NCBI GenBank assembly: GCA_964392255.1
Contig: CAYMQL010000002.1
Location: 1 to 28,415 of the forward strand
Direction: 5' to 3'
DNA: 28,415 nt
From: an uncultured Planctomycetaceae bacterium
GTDB taxonomy: Bacteria; Planctomycetota; Planctomycetia; Pirellulales; Thermoguttaceae
Positions 18,102 to 27,447 of the stretch are shown one piece after another (position 1 is the first letter of the stretch; each line of letters starts with the position of its first letter). The notes beneath the pieces are model-generated. The model saw only the letters and a list, made by a program, of their open reading frames with translations, made no database searches and was not told the origin of the DNA. A program made the position numbers and the translations under genes.

Positions 18102-18315
18102 CGGGCAGCCCTGCCGGAAAAGAACCGAATCGGAAGCGGACTATCCTAAGCATCGGCCGGCGCGTATTGGCAAGGTTAGTCCGGCTTGACGTGAATCGAG
18201 GGGGGGACGCGATGTGCAGAAAACCACCGCGCGATCGGCGGCCTCGTCTCCAAACAGTTGCCCCCGGCCCGCGATTGGGCAACATCCCGGCGAACGTCTG
18301 CAATTCGGACTTTCT

Positions 18316-19461
18316 TCAGACCGACGCCAGCGCTTGCTCGATGTCTTCAACGAGCCGTTCGGGCGGTTCGATGCCGATGGAAAGGCGAACGGTGTTTTCT
18401 TTAACGCCGAAAACCGTTCTCCGCTCGGGCGGAAGGTAAAGCATCGTCGTCAGATAGGGAATGCAAATCAAGGACTCGGTCGCGCCGAGACTGACGGCGT
18501 GATAGATGACCCGCAGACCGTTGATGAAACGCCTGGCGTCTTCTTGATGTTGGCCGACGTCGAACGCCAACATGCCCCCGAAGCCGTTGTGCATTTGCTT
18601 GACGGCAATGTCATATTTGGGATGTGAGGGCAGCCCGGGATACGACACCCGCGAGACTTTGGGATGCTGTTGGAGATGTTCGGCAACGGCCTGCGCGCCG
18701 CGGGCCATCGCCGCCGCGCGAATTTCAAACGTTTTCAGGCCGCGGTCCAACAGAAAAGCGGAATAGGCGTCCAGGGTCGTGCCGATGGCCTGACGTGTAA
18801 ACCAAAGTTCGTTGTAATTCTTTTTCGGCCCGGCGATGGCGCCGGCCATGATGTCGTTGTGTCCGCCCAGGGCTTTGGTCGCGCTATGCACCACCAGATG
18901 CGCGCCCAGTTGAAGGGGTTTTTGGTGATAGGGCGTGGCGAAGGTGTTGTCGGCCACGACCATGGCCCCGACTTCGTCCGCGGCTTTGCGAACCGCCGCA
19001 ATATCGACCATTTTGCAGAGCGGATTGCTCGGCGTTTCCAGAAAGATCAGCCGGGTGTTGGGACGCAGTTCTTTGCCGATATTCGGGGCGTCGTCGGCGT
19101 CCATCCAGGAAACTTGCATGCCCATTTGCTGAAGAATGAGCGACACCTTGTAATTGGCGCCATAGGTGTCGTGAAAAATCAGCAGATGATCGCCGGCCCG
19201 AAGATACGTCAGAAAAATCATCGTGCAAGCGGCCATTCCCGAAGTGCAGATGACGCAATCTTCGGCCTCTTCCAGGGCCGCGAGTTTCCGCTCGACTTCG
19301 CGGACGGTCGGGTTGTCGTCGCGATGGTACGTATAGCCGTCGATCTCGCCTTCGGTGATCTGGCGCAGCACCTCGAACGAGGCGTATTCATAATTGACGG
19401 CATTGACGATGGGCGTGACCATCGGCCGATTGCCGTAGGGGGTCAATGGATCGGGGGGCAT
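18316..19461 (-). CDS. PLP-dependent transsulfuration-family enzyme (cystathionine gamma-synthase/lyase or methionine gamma-lyase type)
   Basis: YHRDDNPT, SGMAA, ETPSNP, DNTFATP, HSATK (PLP lysine), SLGATES and RLSIGIE. Confidence 0.9.
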   Translation of the reverse strand: MPPDPLTPYGNRPMVTPIVNAVNYEYASFEVLRQITEGEIDGYTYHRDDNPTVREVERKLAALEEAEDCVICTSGMAACTMIFLTYLRAGDHLLIFHDTYGANYKVSLILQQMGMQVSWMDADDAPNIGKELRPNTRLIFLETPSNPLCKMVDIAAVRKAADEVGAMVVADNTFATPYHQKPLQLGAHLVVHSATKALGGHNDIMAGAIAGPKKNYNELWFTRQAIGTTLDAYSAFLLDRGLKTFEIRAAAMARGAQAVAEHLQQHPKVSRVSYPGLPSHPKYDIAVKQMHNGFGGMLAFDVGQHQEDARRFINGLRVIYHAVSLGATESLICIPYLTTMLYLPPERRTVFGVKENTVRLSIGIEPPERLVEDIEQALASV

Positions 19462-19655
19462 AGGCGTTTACCCTTTGTATATTCCGGATTGTGGCGTGAA
19501 CCCTGCCGCTAAAACACTATCAGACCCTGAAAGCGGAGTTTTGTCCAGTGTCTCGGAATCGCGTGATTTTTTACTGACCATCAGGCAATTCATGCCGGGC
19601 GACTGGAAGCAAACCGCTCCCAAAATGTGCGCCGGCGCCGTATTTACAGGCAAAC

Positions 19656-19684
19656 TTGTACCGGCCGGCTCGTATTGGTATACT
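19656..19684 (+). promoter_or_regulatory. Putative sigma70 promoter giving a leaderless or near-leaderless mRNA for the R-M gene
   Basis: TTGTAC-N17-TATACT with extended -10 TG. The ATG is only 7 nt after the -10 box and there is no Shine-Dalgarno. Confidence 0.55.
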
Positions 19685-19691
19685 CGGCGCC

Positions 19692-22541
19692 ATGCCGCTT
19701 TCATGGAACGAGATTCGCCACCGCGCCATCGTCTTTAGCAGAGACTGGAAAGGCGTTGCCCGCGAAGCCGCCGAGCGTCAAACTTTTTGGAACGAGTTTT
19801 TCAACGTTTTCGGCGTCCGCCGCCGCACGGTAGCCACCTTCGAGGAGCCTGTCAAAAAGCTCTCGGGCGATTGGGGCTACATTGATCTGTTCTGGCCGGG
19901 CCGCCTGTTGGTCGAACACAAGTCCGCCGGCGCGGATTTGGGGAAGGCGCATGCTCAGGCCATGGCCTATATCCGCGGTCTCAAAGACAGCGGGCGCGAC
20001 CGCGAGATTCCCCGCTGGCTGATCGTCTCGGATTTCGCGCGCATCGCGCTGCACGATCTTGAGCCGGAGCAAGAACCCGACTTGCCGCTGTTGAACCGCT
20101 TGCCGCCGAGCGTCGAATTTACGCTGGCCGACTTGCATCAATGGATTCGCCATTTTGCCTTTATCGCCGGCTACACCCAACATCGGCTCGACCCCGAAGA
20201 CCCGGCGAACCTCGAAGCCACGCAACTGATGTGCGATCTGCACGACGCCCTGGAAGCGGGCGGCTATGCCGGGCACGAACTCAAGCGTTTTCTGGTCCGC
20301 ATTCTCTTCTGTCTCTTTGCCGAAGACAGCGGCATCTTCCCCCAGAAGGCCTTTGAATTGTTTCTCCGCGACCGCACCGCCGCAGACGGTTCCGATCTCG
20401 GCGTCCGGCTCGAACAGCTCTTTCACGTCCTGAACACCGACATCCCGCGACGCCAACGCAATCTGGACGAGGAGCTCAGCCAGTTTCCCTACGTCAACGG
20501 CGACCTGTTCGCCGAACGCCTCGCCTTCGCCGAGTTCAACAGCGACATGCGGAACTGTCTGCTCGCCTGCTGCGGGTTTCGCTGGGAAACGATTTCTCCC
20601 GCCGTGTTCGGCTCGCTTTTTCAGGCCGTCATGGACGGCAAGGAGCGCCGGCAGATCGGCGCGCACTATACGGCGGAAAAGAACATCCTCAAGCTTATCC
20701 GCTCGCTGTTTCTCGACGAACTCCGCGCCGAGTTCGAGGCGATCAAGGTCGACCGCTCCACTCGCCGCGCCGCACGATTACAGGAATACCATAAAAAACT
20801 GGCCCAACTCCGTTTTCTCGACCCGGCGTGCGGCTGCGGCAACTTTCTCGTGATCACCTACCGCGAACTCCGCGCGTTGGAACTCGAAGTGCTTGTGGCA
20901 ATTCACGGCCGCCAGCAAGTACTCTCGCTCGACGACGTGAACCGGCTCTCCAAACTCGACGTCCATCAGTTCTACGGCATCGAGATCGAGGAGTTTCCCG
21001 CCCGCATCGCCGAGGTCGCGCTGTGGCTGACCGACCATCAAGCGAACGTTGCACTTTCTCAGGCGTTCTCGCAGCTCGTCCTTCGTCTTCCGCTTCGCGC
21101 CTCGCCGCACATCCACGTCGGCAATGCGCTGCGCATGGACTGGCGGGAAGTCATTCCGCCGGACCAGTGTTCCCACATCCTCGGCAATCCGCCGTTCGTC
21201 GGCGGGAAATACCAGACCGACGAGCAACGCGCGGACATGGACGTTGCGGCGGCGGGAATCAAAAACGCGGGGTTGCTCGATTATGTAACGGGTTGGTACT
21301 TCAAGGCGGCCGACTACATCCAAGGCACTCGCATAACCGTGGGCTTCGTTTCTACCAACTCGATCACGCAGGGCGAGCAAACGGGCGTGTTGTGGAACCC
21401 GCTCTTTCATGATTTCGGCCTGAAAATTCATTTTGCCCATCGCACATTCCCGTGGGAAAGCGAGGCTCGCGGCAAAGCGCACGTCCACGTCGTGATTATC
21501 GGTTTCGGCGCCTTCGACATCGGCAACAAGAAGCTTTATGATTACGATGGAGGCGATGCCACCCTCAACGTCGTCAACAATATCAGCCCTTATCTCGTGC
21601 AAGGTCCCGACCGCGCCGTCACAAACCGCACGAAGCCGATTTGTGCGGTCCCGCAGATGGGCATTGGCAACAAGCCCATTGACGACGGTAATTATCTGTT
21701 CACGCCTGAAGAAAAAGCGGAATATCTGCGGCTTGAACCGCTGGCGAAACCGTTCTTCCGCCGTTGGATCGGCTCCGAGGAGTTCATCAACGGCATCGAA
21801 CGGTGGTGCCTATGGCTGGGCGACTGTCCGGCTGCGCAGTTACGGAATATGCCGCAAGCGTTGGCCCGCGTCGAAGCGGTGCGCAAGTTCCGTTTAAAAA
21901 GCAAAAGCGCGCCGACGCAAAAATTGGCTTCGACTCCAACGCGGTTTCATGTTGAAAACTTTCCCCAGCGTTCCTATCTCGTTGTTCCCAAAGTCAGTTC
22001 GGAGCGTCGCACCTATATTCCCATCGGTTTCATCAGGCCGGAAGTGTTGAGCAGCGATCTGCTGCAAATTGTCCCCGAGGCCGCGCTCTATCACTTCGGC
22101 GTTCTTTCCTCCGCGATGAATATGGCGTGGGTCCGGCATGTTTGCGGCCGGTTGAAGTCTGATTACCGGTATTCCAACCGACTTGTGTACAACAACTTCC
22201 CTTGGCCGGAATCACCGACTCAAGCCCAACAGGACGCTGTGGAGAACTGCGCCCGAAAAGTTTTGGAATTGAGATTGGAATATGGCGACGGTCGACACGG
22301 ATATCTGCCGACCAAGAAACCCCGAGTTGTGCCGGCTACGCTGGCCGATCTCTACGACCCGTTGACGATGCCGGCCCCGCTGTTGAAGGCCCATCAAGCG
22401 CTCGACCGGGCGGTGGATCGCTGTTACCGCAAAGAGCCCTTCCCGAGCGACCGCCATCGCGTCGAATATCTCTTCGCCCTTTACGAAAAGATCACGGCCC
22501 CGCTGCTGCCGGCGGGAAAGCCGAAACAAAAGAAACAATAA
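19692..22541 (+). CDS. MmeI-family type IIL restriction-modification enzyme (YeeA-like), 949 aa
   Basis: MPLSWNEIRHRA start; YIDLFWPGRLLVEHKS nuclease motif; GAHYT; FLDPACGCGNFL; GNPPFVG; C-terminal TLADLYDP. Confidence 0.92.
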   Translation: MPLSWNEIRHRAIVFSRDWKGVAREAAERQTFWNEFFNVFGVRRRTVATFEEPVKKLSGDWGYIDLFWPGRLLVEHKSAGADLGKAHAQAMAYIRGLKDSGRDREIPRWLIVSDFARIALHDLEPEQEPDLPLLNRLPPSVEFTLADLHQWIRHFAFIAGYTQHRLDPEDPANLEATQLMCDLHDALEAGGYAGHELKRFLVRILFCLFAEDSGIFPQKAFELFLRDRTAADGSDLGVRLEQLFHVLNTDIPRRQRNLDEELSQFPYVNGDLFAERLAFAEFNSDMRNCLLACCGFRWETISPAVFGSLFQAVMDGKERRQIGAHYTAEKNILKLIRSLFLDELRAEFEAIKVDRSTRRAARLQEYHKKLAQLRFLDPACGCGNFLVITYRELRALELEVLVAIHGRQQVLSLDDVNRLSKLDVHQFYGIEIEEFPARIAEVALWLTDHQANVALSQAFSQLVLRLPLRASPHIHVGNALRMDWREVIPPDQCSHILGNPPFVGGKYQTDEQRADMDVAAAGIKNAGLLDYVTGWYFKAADYIQGTRITVGFVSTNSITQGEQTGVLWNPLFHDFGLKIHFAHRTFPWESEARGKAHVHVVIIGFGAFDIGNKKLYDYDGGDATLNVVNNISPYLVQGPDRAVTNRTKPICAVPQMGIGNKPIDDGNYLFTPEEKAEYLRLEPLAKPFFRRWIGSEEFINGIERWCLWLGDCPAAQLRNMPQALARVEAVRKFRLKSKSAPTQKLASTPTRFHVENFPQRSYLVVPKVSSERRTYIPIGFIRPEVLSSDLLQIVPEAALYHFGVLSSAMNMAWVRHVCGRLKSDYRYSNRLVYNNFPWPESPTQAQQDAVENCARKVLELRLEYGDGRHGYLPTKKPRVVPATLADLYDPLTMPAPLLKAHQALDRAVDRCYRKEPFPSDRHRVEYLFALYEKITAPLLPAGKPKQKKQ

Positions 22542-22619
22542 CGCAACGAGGTTCATTGGCCTTTCCTCTATACGAGGCGATCGGCGGCAGTCGAGCTAGG
22601 TGAATTACGAGGAGTTAAC

Positions 22620-23546
22620 GTGGCAAGTCATGTTTTCGGACCCGTGCCGTCTCGACGTCTTGGACGGTCGCTAGGCGTTGACCTTGTTCCGCTGAAAACG
22701 TGTTCCTACGACTGCATCTACTGCCAACTCGGTCGAACCACATGCAAGACCGTCGAGCGCAAAGAGTGGGCGCCGCTCGAACAAGTATTGGAGGATGTGA
22801 AACAAAAACTCGACGCGCGGCCGGATTATATCACGCTGAGCGGTTCGGGAGAGCCTACGCTCTTTAAGCCTTTGGACAAACTCATCGACGGCATTCGGGC
22901 GATGACCGACATTCCGATCGCCGTGCTGACCAACGGTTCGCTGTTGCATCTCCAAGAAGTCCAGTCGGAATTGTCTCAGGCGGATTTAGTGATACCCTCG
23001 TTGGATGCCGGCACGGAGGGCGCTTTCCGGCTGGTCAACCGCCCGCATGAGTCGATTTCTTTTGAAAGCATGTTGTCGGGGTTGATTGAATTTCGCCGTC
23101 GTTTTCGCAAGTCCTATTGGCTGGAAGTCTTCTTAATTGGCGCGTATACGACTTATGAAGAAGAGCTTTCTGAGATCCGCCGCTGCGTCAAGTTGATTTG
23201 TCCCGATCGCGTCCAGTTGAACACCGTGACCCGTCCTCCGGCGGAAAACTACGCTGCCGCGGTCCCGCGCGAGCAAATGGAGAAAATCGCCGCGACGTTT
23301 TCACCGCCGGCGGAAGTCATCGCCGAGTTTCGCTCCGCCGCCGAGAAGGAAGTTGGTCAAGCCGGCCGCGACGAAGTTTTTCAACTGCTCAAGCGGCGAC
23401 CTTGCTCAATCGACGACATCGTCGGCGGCCTGACCATGCACCGCAACGAAGTCCTAAAACATGTCGAGCATCTTTGCGCTGATGGTCTATTGGAAGAAAG
23501 CCGGGTTGGAGAGAAGCTTTACTATAAAGTTGCGCAACAATCGTAG
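22620..23546 (+). CDS. Radical SAM Fe-S oxidoreductase with C-terminal winged-helix-like segment
   Basis: GAGGAG RBS, GTG start, CSYDCIYC, GSGEPTL and LTNGSLL. Confidence 0.88.
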   Translation: MASHVFGPVPSRRLGRSLGVDLVPLKTCSYDCIYCQLGRTTCKTVERKEWAPLEQVLEDVKQKLDARPDYITLSGSGEPTLFKPLDKLIDGIRAMTDIPIAVLTNGSLLHLQEVQSELSQADLVIPSLDAGTEGAFRLVNRPHESISFESMLSGLIEFRRRFRKSYWLEVFLIGAYTTYEEELSEIRRCVKLICPDRVQLNTVTRPPAENYAAAVPREQMEKIAATFSPPAEVIAEFRSAAEKEVGQAGRDEVFQLLKRRPCSIDDIVGGLTMHRNEVLKHVEHLCADGLLEESRVGEKLYYKVAQQS

Positions 23547-23649
23547 TTCCGGCGGCCTGCGCTGGACCTGCCGATCAGATCCATCGCGAAAATGGTTTAG
23601 AATACCCGTATTTTCTCGCTGTCGATGACCCCCAGCGACCATTCGGGCA

Positions 23650-23852
23650 GAAGTTGCCTTTTGCGCCGCGTCTATCCCGGCAGAAAAGGCGGTGCTGGTG
23701 GATTGCGATGGGGACGCCGCCGACCTGCACCTGGTTTACGAACCGCGGATCGACCGGCGCGAGGCTATTTCGACCGGCAGCAAGGCGAGGATCAAAGCGG
23801 GCCGCAGCACGGCCTGCGGCTACGCGAGACGCCGTGACGGTTTGATGCAATC
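23650..23852 (+). pseudogene. Fragment of a MinD/ParA-type P-loop ATPase with inserted ferredoxin domain
   Basis: AEKAVLVDCDGDAADLHLVYEPRIDRREAISTGSKARIKAGRSTACG, then RFDAI in a shifted frame (23838-23852). Walker A and most cysteines are missing. Confidence 0.6.
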
Positions 23853-23921
23853 TGTTTTGACATGGCTATGTTCTTTCGACCCGGGAACAGTTATAATTCG
23901 AGACAAAAAGCGGGAAGATGA

Positions 23922-24395
23922 ATGGAACGAGCATTTCAGGATTATTATCCGGACGAGCTAAGCCTTTGCTACGGCTGCGGTCGGCTGAACGAACACGGCC
24001 TGAAGGTGAAAAGCTATTGGAACGGCGAAGAAACCATCGCCGTGTTTCATCCTCAACCTTACCACATGGCCGCCCCGGGCTATGTGTACGGCGGCCTGCT
24101 CGCCTCGATCATCGACTGTCACGGCACCGGGACCGCCGCGGCGGCGGCCTATCGCGCGGAGCATCGGGCAATGGATACGCAGCCGGCGATTCGATTTGTG
24201 ACGGCCTCGCTGCACGTAGACTACCTCCGCCCCACGCCCTTGGGCGTGCCCTTGGAAATCCGCGGAAAGGTCAAGGAGATCGTAGGCCGCAGGATTGTGG
24301 TCGCGGCTACGGTGTCGGCCAATGGAAAAACGTGCGTTAAGGGAGAGGTCGCGGCGGTTCGGCTTCCCGCAGGTTGGTTGCCAAAACCCGGCTAA
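23922..24395 (+). CDS. PaaI-family hotdog thioesterase
   Basis: CYGCG, PGYVYGGLLASIIDCH and VTASLHVDYLRPTP. Confidence 0.88.
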   Translation: MERAFQDYYPDELSLCYGCGRLNEHGLKVKSYWNGEETIAVFHPQPYHMAAPGYVYGGLLASIIDCHGTGTAAAAAYRAEHRAMDTQPAIRFVTASLHVDYLRPTPLGVPLEIRGKVKEIVGRRIVVAATVSANGKTCVKGEVAAVRLPAGWLPKPG

Positions 24396-24419
24396 AAAAC
24401 ACAATCCACGGTCATTCCC

Positions 24420-24671
24420 ATGCCTGACTCAACTGCACTGAACGTATTGAATCGCGAGTTTCTGGCCATTCGCTGTCGGCTTGTCGACCTTGCCGCCGCG
24501 CTCGATCGCGTTGATCGAGCAGACGGTCGGGCGACTGACGATCCGCGATGGCGCCAACTGCAACAGGCCGTCGGGGTGCTGGCCGATCCGGACGGCAACC
24601 GCGCCGAACGGGTGCAAATGGCGTTTTCGCTGCCCTATTTCGCAGACTGGCGGCGCCAGTACGGCGTATAA
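24420..24671 (+). CDS. Small helical hypothetical protein, 83 aa
   Basis: Codon usage and operon position fit a real gene; LNREFLAIRCRLVDLAAALDRVDRA. Confidence 0.7.
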   Translation: MPDSTALNVLNREFLAIRCRLVDLAAALDRVDRADGRATDDPRWRQLQQAVGVLADPDGNRAERVQMAFSLPYFADWRRQYGV

Positions 24672-24720
24672 AGCGGCAGCACGCAGCATCCTATTAAATT
24701 TCCGGAAAAGGAGAAATCGC

Positions 24721-25125
24721 CTGATTTCACAAGAGATAAAATCGTTGTTCGACGGCAAACACACCTGTTGGATTGCCACGGTTGACGCCTCGGGCGTTCC
24801 AAACGTCGCGCCGATGCGAAACGCATGGTGGTTTGGCGAGCGGAGCATCGTCGTCGGCGACGTGTTTATGAAGGCCACGGCCGCCAATGTTCGCTCGACA
24901 GGCAAGGCGTGCATCGGCGTTTACGATCCGGATGCCGAACGGTCATGGAAGCTGACGGGCTCGGCCGCATACGCGACCGACGGGCCGTGCTGCGAATTCG
25001 CCCATGCCGAATTGCAAAAAAAGAAGCCCGGCAATCAATTCAAGGGCGTCGTCGTATTGAATGTTCAGGCCGTGTATGACCAGGCCCCCGGGCCCAATGC
25101 CGGCAATCGGGTCGTCTCGCTTTAG
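24721..25125 (+). CDS. Pyridoxamine 5'-phosphate oxidase-like FMN-binding protein, apparent CTG start
   Basis: AAGGAG at 24708-24713, then an in-frame CTG at 24721. IATVDASGVPNVAP...KATAANVRSTGKACI pattern. Confidence 0.75.
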   Translation: MISQEIKSLFDGKHTCWIATVDASGVPNVAPMRNAWWFGERSIVVGDVFMKATAANVRSTGKACIGVYDPDAERSWKLTGSAAYATDGPCCEFAHAELQKKKPGNQFKGVVVLNVQAVYDQAPGPNAGNRVVSL

Positions 25126-25136
25126 ATGGATAAATC

Positions 25137-25949
25137 ATGCACTTTATCGATCCGCATATTCACATCGCGTCCAGAACGACCGACGATTTACAGGCCATGG
25201 CCAACGCCGGATGCCTGGTCGTAGGCGAACCGGCCTTTTGGATGGGCTACGATCGCAGCAGCGCGGGCAGCTTCTACGACTATTTCCGGCAGCTTACCGA
25301 GTGGGAGCCGAAACGAGCCGCCAACTACGGCATTCAACATTATGCCTGGATGGGCATTAACGCCAAGGAGGCCGAAAACGTCGGCTTTGCCAAAGAGGTG
25401 ATCGCCCTGCTGCCCGAATTCCTCGATCGGCCCAATGTGCTGGGCATCGGCGAGGTCGGACTGCACAAGAACACGAAAAACGAAGTACTCACGCTGTTGG
25501 AACTGATCGAATTGGCCGTCCAACGCAACGAGCAATTGCTATTTCACACGCCGCATCTTGCCGACAAATATCAAGGCACGCGGATGATTCTCGATCTGTT
25601 GCGGGCCGACCGCCGGATCGACCGCAGCCGCGTGTGCGTCGATCACTGCGAAGAACACACCGTGCGCATGGTGCTCAACGAGGGCTACTGGGCGGGAATC
25701 ACGCTGTATCCGACGACCAAGGCCACGCCCGAGCGAACCGTGGATATGGTCGAAACGTTCGGCTCGGAGCGCATCCTGGTGAACTCATCGGCCGACTGGG
25801 GGCCGTCCGATCCGTTGGCCGTGCCGAAGTTTATGGCCGCCATGCGCCGCCGCAACCATCCCGAGTCGTTGATCCGGCGAATCGTCTATGAAAACCCGCT
25901 GGCCTTTTTCAACCAGAGCGTCCATTTCAAGTTCTCTTGCCCAAGCTAA
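25137..25949 (+). CDS. TatD-family metal-dependent hydrolase, EboB-like
   Basis: FIDPHIH...SRTTDD, EPAFW, IGEVG, FHTPH, DHCEE and NSSADWG. Confidence 0.85.
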   Translation: MHFIDPHIHIASRTTDDLQAMANAGCLVVGEPAFWMGYDRSSAGSFYDYFRQLTEWEPKRAANYGIQHYAWMGINAKEAENVGFAKEVIALLPEFLDRPNVLGIGEVGLHKNTKNEVLTLLELIELAVQRNEQLLFHTPHLADKYQGTRMILDLLRADRRIDRSRVCVDHCEEHTVRMVLNEGYWAGITLYPTTKATPERTVDMVETFGSERILVNSSADWGPSDPLAVPKFMAAMRRRNHPESLIRRIVYENPLAFFNQSVHFKFSCPS

Positions 25950-26027
25950 CCCGCAATTTTTTAACTCGCGGGTAAAACTCCCGGCGGCGTGTTCTATTTA
26001 GTTTCTGTTGCGGAAAGCTCGAAATCC

Positions 26028-26098
26028 ATAGGATGCGTGCTTGCACGCATCTGATTTCACGGCAAATCCATATTGGTGCGTGCAAGCACGCACCCTAC
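26028..26098. repeat. GTAG-type REP doublet
   Basis: 26034-26049 TGCGTGCTTGCACGCA is the exact reverse complement of 26077-26092. The right arm reads GTAGGGTGCGTGCTTGCACGCA on the minus strand. Confidence 0.75.
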
Positions 26099-26408
26099 CA
26101 AGACTGCACATCCCCAACGCGGGAAATCTTGTGCCGGCTATCCTCTAAAGCGGAGGGCAAGGGATTCCGAACCACCGCAAATTCATCGGAAAAACCGGGG
26201 ATTCCTGAGCAAGACAGCTTTAAATCCAGCTCTGTTACGGACGGAAGCCAAGCAGGCGACGTAGACAGTGCATCCTTGCGGGTTGTAGCGATTGCGCGGC
26301 CGCACCTTGGCCAAAAACACAAACGCGATATTCTAGCGATCGTCCGCCTGGCCTCCGAGGATAACCGAGGCTGGTGCTGTGCTTTTGAAGAAATCGACGA
26401 TGATTGAG

Positions 26409-27017
26409 TCAACCTACTCCTTCTCCGGTATAACTTACTGGATTTAGTGCCCACTGAACATTTGCAAGACCAGTGAAGAGCATAAGTACAACCCCCAAAA
26501 AGACATTCCTTTGGTCATCATCATTCCTCCACTCATTCATATCCATCAAGTCCTTTTGCCAACATGGTATCTGCCGTCCATCACTGAGCGCCACTGTGCA
26601 ACAATGCTCCACGCTTTCAAGCCAGTCTTTCAGTATCCGAAAATTACCGCTTACTTCATCGTCCGAAAGCACAATCGTGAAATCCGAATGGGCAATAGCG
26701 TTGCGAATATCCTGAACGGCCTTTAATGCCGCGCAATCCTGATTTTCAAGAAAGCCTGCTTCATTACAACGTTTCAGGTTCCTTCCAATACTCCACGAAA
26801 ACTTGCAGTCTGGATTGTGTGCTTTCAAACATCGACATATTCCTTTATTTAGAAACTCCGTACCCATGAGCACTTGTGCAAGTTCTGTTTGGCCACGTAA
26901 AACGCCGAGAATGGGCTGTCCCTTCTTATTTAAGAATTGTGGAGCTATCACCATGCGCCCATCAAGCGTTCCTCTTGCACTTGTTCCGCGTGGGAACGGC
27001 AAAAAGTCCATCCGCAT
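26409..27017 (-). CDS. HEPN/MtlR-like helical protein with RxxxxH motif
   Basis: GGAGG RBS favours ATG 27017 over 27032; CAALKAVQDIRNAIAHS; C-terminal hydrophobic helix. Confidence 0.6.
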   Translation of the reverse strand: MRMDFLPFPRGTSARGTLDGRMVIAPQFLNKKGQPILGVLRGQTELAQVLMGTEFLNKGICRCLKAHNPDCKFSWSIGRNLKRCNEAGFLENQDCAALKAVQDIRNAIAHSDFTIVLSDDEVSGNFRILKDWLESVEHCCTVALSDGRQIPCWQKDLMDMNEWRNDDDQRNVFLGVVLMLFTGLANVQWALNPVSYTGEGVG

Positions 27018-27162
27018 TTTTTGGCCCTCCATTGAATGTGCTACTGTCCCAATTTGTGGTTACGTCTGAACCTACAGGGTAAGATGATGCTGTCAAGATG
27101 GCGATGGCCTGTGGCATGTGATGGGGGGCTGCAAGTGCCTACTCTGCTGGATAAGTCGGTCA

Positions 27163-27191
27163 TTGACAACCGGAGAGGGATTAGGTAGGGT
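27163..27191 (+). promoter_or_regulatory. Putative sigma70 promoter of the vapBC pair
   Basis: TTGACA-N17-TAGGGT upstream of an AAGGAGG RBS. Confidence 0.6.
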
Positions 27192-27213
27192 TTATGAAGG
27201 AGGGATGATCGCC

Positions 27214-27447
27214 ATGCTTTCATTAACCGTGGAACTTGACGAGCAGGTGGCCGAGGCCGTTCGCAATATGGCTGCGGCCCAGCGCCGTAGCGAACGTGAA
27301 ATCGTTCAAGAAGCCGTCGCGGCCTATGCCCACGGTGCCCGGCCTATGCCGCAAGGCATTGGTAAATACCGAAGCGGCCAGACCGACGTTTCGGAAAAGG
27401 TCAAAGACATTCTCCGCGACGAGGCGAAGGAACGACGATGGCCTTAG
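27214..27447 (+). CDS. vapB: Ribbon-helix-helix (CopG-like) antitoxin
   Basis: LTVELDEQVAEAVRNMAAAQRRSEREIVQEAV; overlaps the downstream PIN gene by 10 nt. Confidence 0.8.
   Translation: MLSLTVELDEQVAEAVRNMAAAQRRSEREIVQEAVAAYAHGARPMPQGIGKYRSGQTDVSEKVKDILRDEAKERRWP

Noticed and set aside
19462-19655. Possible SAM riboswitch upstream of the transsulfuration gene
   Set aside because: No SAM-I or SAM-II consensus elements are visible on the minus strand.
23692-23730. DCDGDA motif suggesting HisI (phosphoribosyl-AMP cyclohydrolase)
   Set aside because: The flanking residues (AADLHL, TACG, frameshifted RFDAI) fit a MinD-ferredoxin ATPase remnant much better.
26046-26058. 13-bp match CGCATCTGATTTC to tRNA-Ser (28122-28134)
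   Set aside because: It is out of order relative to the att copy and overlaps a REP arm, so it is treated as coincidence.
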